Shown here: piece after piece, positions 62,824-64,000 of the stretch
Numbering within the stretch: position 1 is the stretch's first letter
Layout: the number at the start of each line of letters is the position of its first letter
From: an uncultured virus (IMG/VR IMGVR_UViG_3300029787_000026)
Taxonomy: Duplodnaviria > Heunggongvirae > Uroviricota > Caudoviricetes > Crassvirales
Length of the DNA stretch: 64,000 bases
IMG/VR virus record: IMGVR_UViG_3300029787_000026
Strand: one strand, 5' to 3'
Made by a program: the position numbers and the translations under genes
Notes under the pieces: generated by a model
What the model saw: only the letters and a program-made list of their open reading frames with translations
What the model was told of the DNA's origin: nothing
The model's database searches: none

Positions 62824-63316
62824 TAAATAAGCTAACCAATTTATTAGCGTAATATAAACCATCTTTTTTATCTGCTTGATTCCACCTGGTTTCACCATTA
62901 GAAAAATCAGTGTATTCCATATCGTTCATATACTTAGATATAATTTTTTCTGGTTTTAGTACAAACACATTGTAGCTATTGTAATTATCCCAACAGCTAA
63001 CCCATCTATCTTGTTTACCTGACCATATAATATAAGTATAATGATGGTCAATATGCATTGGATCAGCGTATAGATAGCAGCTGTCATAGTACATATCATG
63101 AACTAATTTAGCAGCTAACCTGCTACCGTCTTGACTAGGATTAGTATGTAGCCAATTAGCTATCTGCACACCTTGCCACTCAGGGTAACCATCGTGGTGT
63201 AAATACATGTTTACATAGCTTTTGTCACTGAAAACAACAGGGTTTTCTGCAAAACCAAGCTCTGATTCTTCAGCGTGTTTACGGTCTACGACCATAGTTA
63301 AATTTCTAGTTGCCAT
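62810..63316 (-). CDS. Conserved phage protein with MATR...YxHxDGYP motif
   Basis: YLHHDGYPEWQG. Confidence 0.75.
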   Translation of the reverse strand: MATRNLTMVVDRKHAEESELGFAENPVVFSDKSYVNMYLHHDGYPEWQGVQIANWLHTNPSQDGSRLAAKLVHDMYYDSCYLYADPMHIDHHYTYIIWSGKQDRWVSCWDNYNSYNVFVLKPEKIISKYMNDMEYTDFSNGETRWNQADKKDGLYYANKLVSLFTDKI

Positions 63317-63512
63317 TTTCTTTTGATTTTTGTTCGTTATAATCTACAAAGAAGCCTATTGCCACTATAACGTGTAGCAATAAACTCGAAATAATTTCAT
63401 ATAAATCATGAAAAGAGTGTACAGATAAATGAATATGCCCCACCATCCAAAAAGGTATGGCAAGGTTTTGACTTATCCATATTACAGTATATTTTAAAAA
63501 ATTATTCTTCAT
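63306..63512 (-). CDS. Small membrane protein
   Basis: Two hydrophobic segments around a His-rich loop. Confidence 0.6.
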   Translation of the reverse strand: MKNNFLKYTVIWISQNLAIPFWMVGHIHLSVHSFHDLYEIISSLLLHVIVAIGFFVDYNEQKSKENGN

Positions 63513-63699
63513 AATTTTCTAGTATTCCTTCAATTTCAGGTTCTAGGTTAGTAATTTCTTTTGCTAGATCTAAAAAGTGAGAAAGAGCGTTGACTTCATA
63601 GCTACTAAGCTCATCTGTTTCTCGATCTTCGATCGCGTTTATGCAATCTCTCATGTCTGTGACGGTGTTTTCAAACCGACAGTAACTCATATTTGGCAT
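63502..63699 (-). CDS. Conserved small phage protein (NMSYCRFENT)
   Basis: 65 aa; starts just after the tRNA. Confidence 0.7.
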   Translation of the reverse strand: MPNMSYCRFENTVTDMRDCINAIEDRETDELSSYEVNALSHFLDLAKEITNLEPEIEGILENYEE

Positions 63700-63718
63700 A
63701 ATTTATATTTAAAGTTAG

Positions 63719-63792
63719 GTGCGCCAGCAGGATTCGAACCTGCGACCTCTAGGTTATGAGCCTAGCGAGCTGACCAACTGCTCCACAGCGCA
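63719..63792 (-). tRNA. tRNA with CAT anticodon, initiator-Met-like, CCA not encoded
   Basis: TGCGCTG/TGGCGCA acceptor, GAGC/GCTC D-stem, CTAGG-CTCATAA-CCTAG, GCAGG-TTCGAAT-CCTGC. Confidence 0.92.
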
Positions 63793-63797
63793 ATTTT

Positions 63798-64000
63798 TTA
63801 GTCTAATAGTATCATGTATGCTCTAGCATTAGCTGATCTAAACCAGTCAAGACTTTTTTCAGTTAACTTCCAGTCTTGCACTAGTTGTGCACCCATTATT
63901 AAGTCATACATAGCTAACTCATTAGCTGTTAGTATAGCTTGTTCACCACTAAACGGATTAGTAACTAAATCACCTTCAGTATACTTAGCACCGTCATACC
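63798..64000 (-). CDS. Hypothetical protein, 5' end outside the window (...VTNPFSGE...DWFR..NARAYMILLD)
   Basis: Open frame from the window edge to TAA at 63798. Confidence 0.65.
   Translation of the reverse strand, partial: YDGAKYTEGDLVTNPFSGEQAILTANELAMYDLIMGAQLVQDWKLTEKSLDWFRSANARAYMILLD

Noticed and set aside
63719..63792. tRNA as prophage attachment site
   Set aside because: No integrase, duplicated tRNA 3' end or host genes in the window
1..64000. Alternative genetic code or stop-codon reassignment
   Set aside because: Standard code gives full-length genes at high density and no suppressor tRNA is present

Overview
Most of the genome of a lytic, AT-rich tailed phage with podovirus-type morphogenesis genes, most likely infecting Bacteroidota/Flavobacteriia (AT-rich leaders without Shine-Dalgarno, and a gene set resembling marine GroEL-encoding flavobacterial podoviruses; host and taxonomy are inference). 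The + arm (3215-49151) holds tail fibres, GroEL/GroES, small basic proteins, amidase, holins, terminase, portal, scaffold, capsid, tail ring/nozzle and three ejection proteins. The - arm (49271-64000, resuming at 1-2850) holds RNR, nucleotide metabolism, primase-helicase, recombination genes, a sigma factor, ligase, a tRNA and early micro-ORFs. No integrase, CRISPR or DNA polymerase is visible. Main candidate new system: the 2860-aa ejection protein looks like a polyprotein (zincin protease, sigma-70-like unit, unknown unit, HAD phosphatase) whose units are separated by recurring Q-[VE]-x-L motifs. Early genes carry five copies of a non-host promoter (CARACA-N17-GATAAT), and later operons carry a second promoter class first seen just after the stand-alone sigma gene. 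Together these suggest a virion-delivered sigma cascade. Also notable: tandem non-canonical tRNA-like RNAs in the earliest transcript, a lipoprotein-like ORF hidden in the +1 frame of the terminase gene, a duplicated 43-bp operator, and a thymidylate-synthase homologue with the dCMP-specific Asp. All protein calls are by-eye motif recognition, not database hits.
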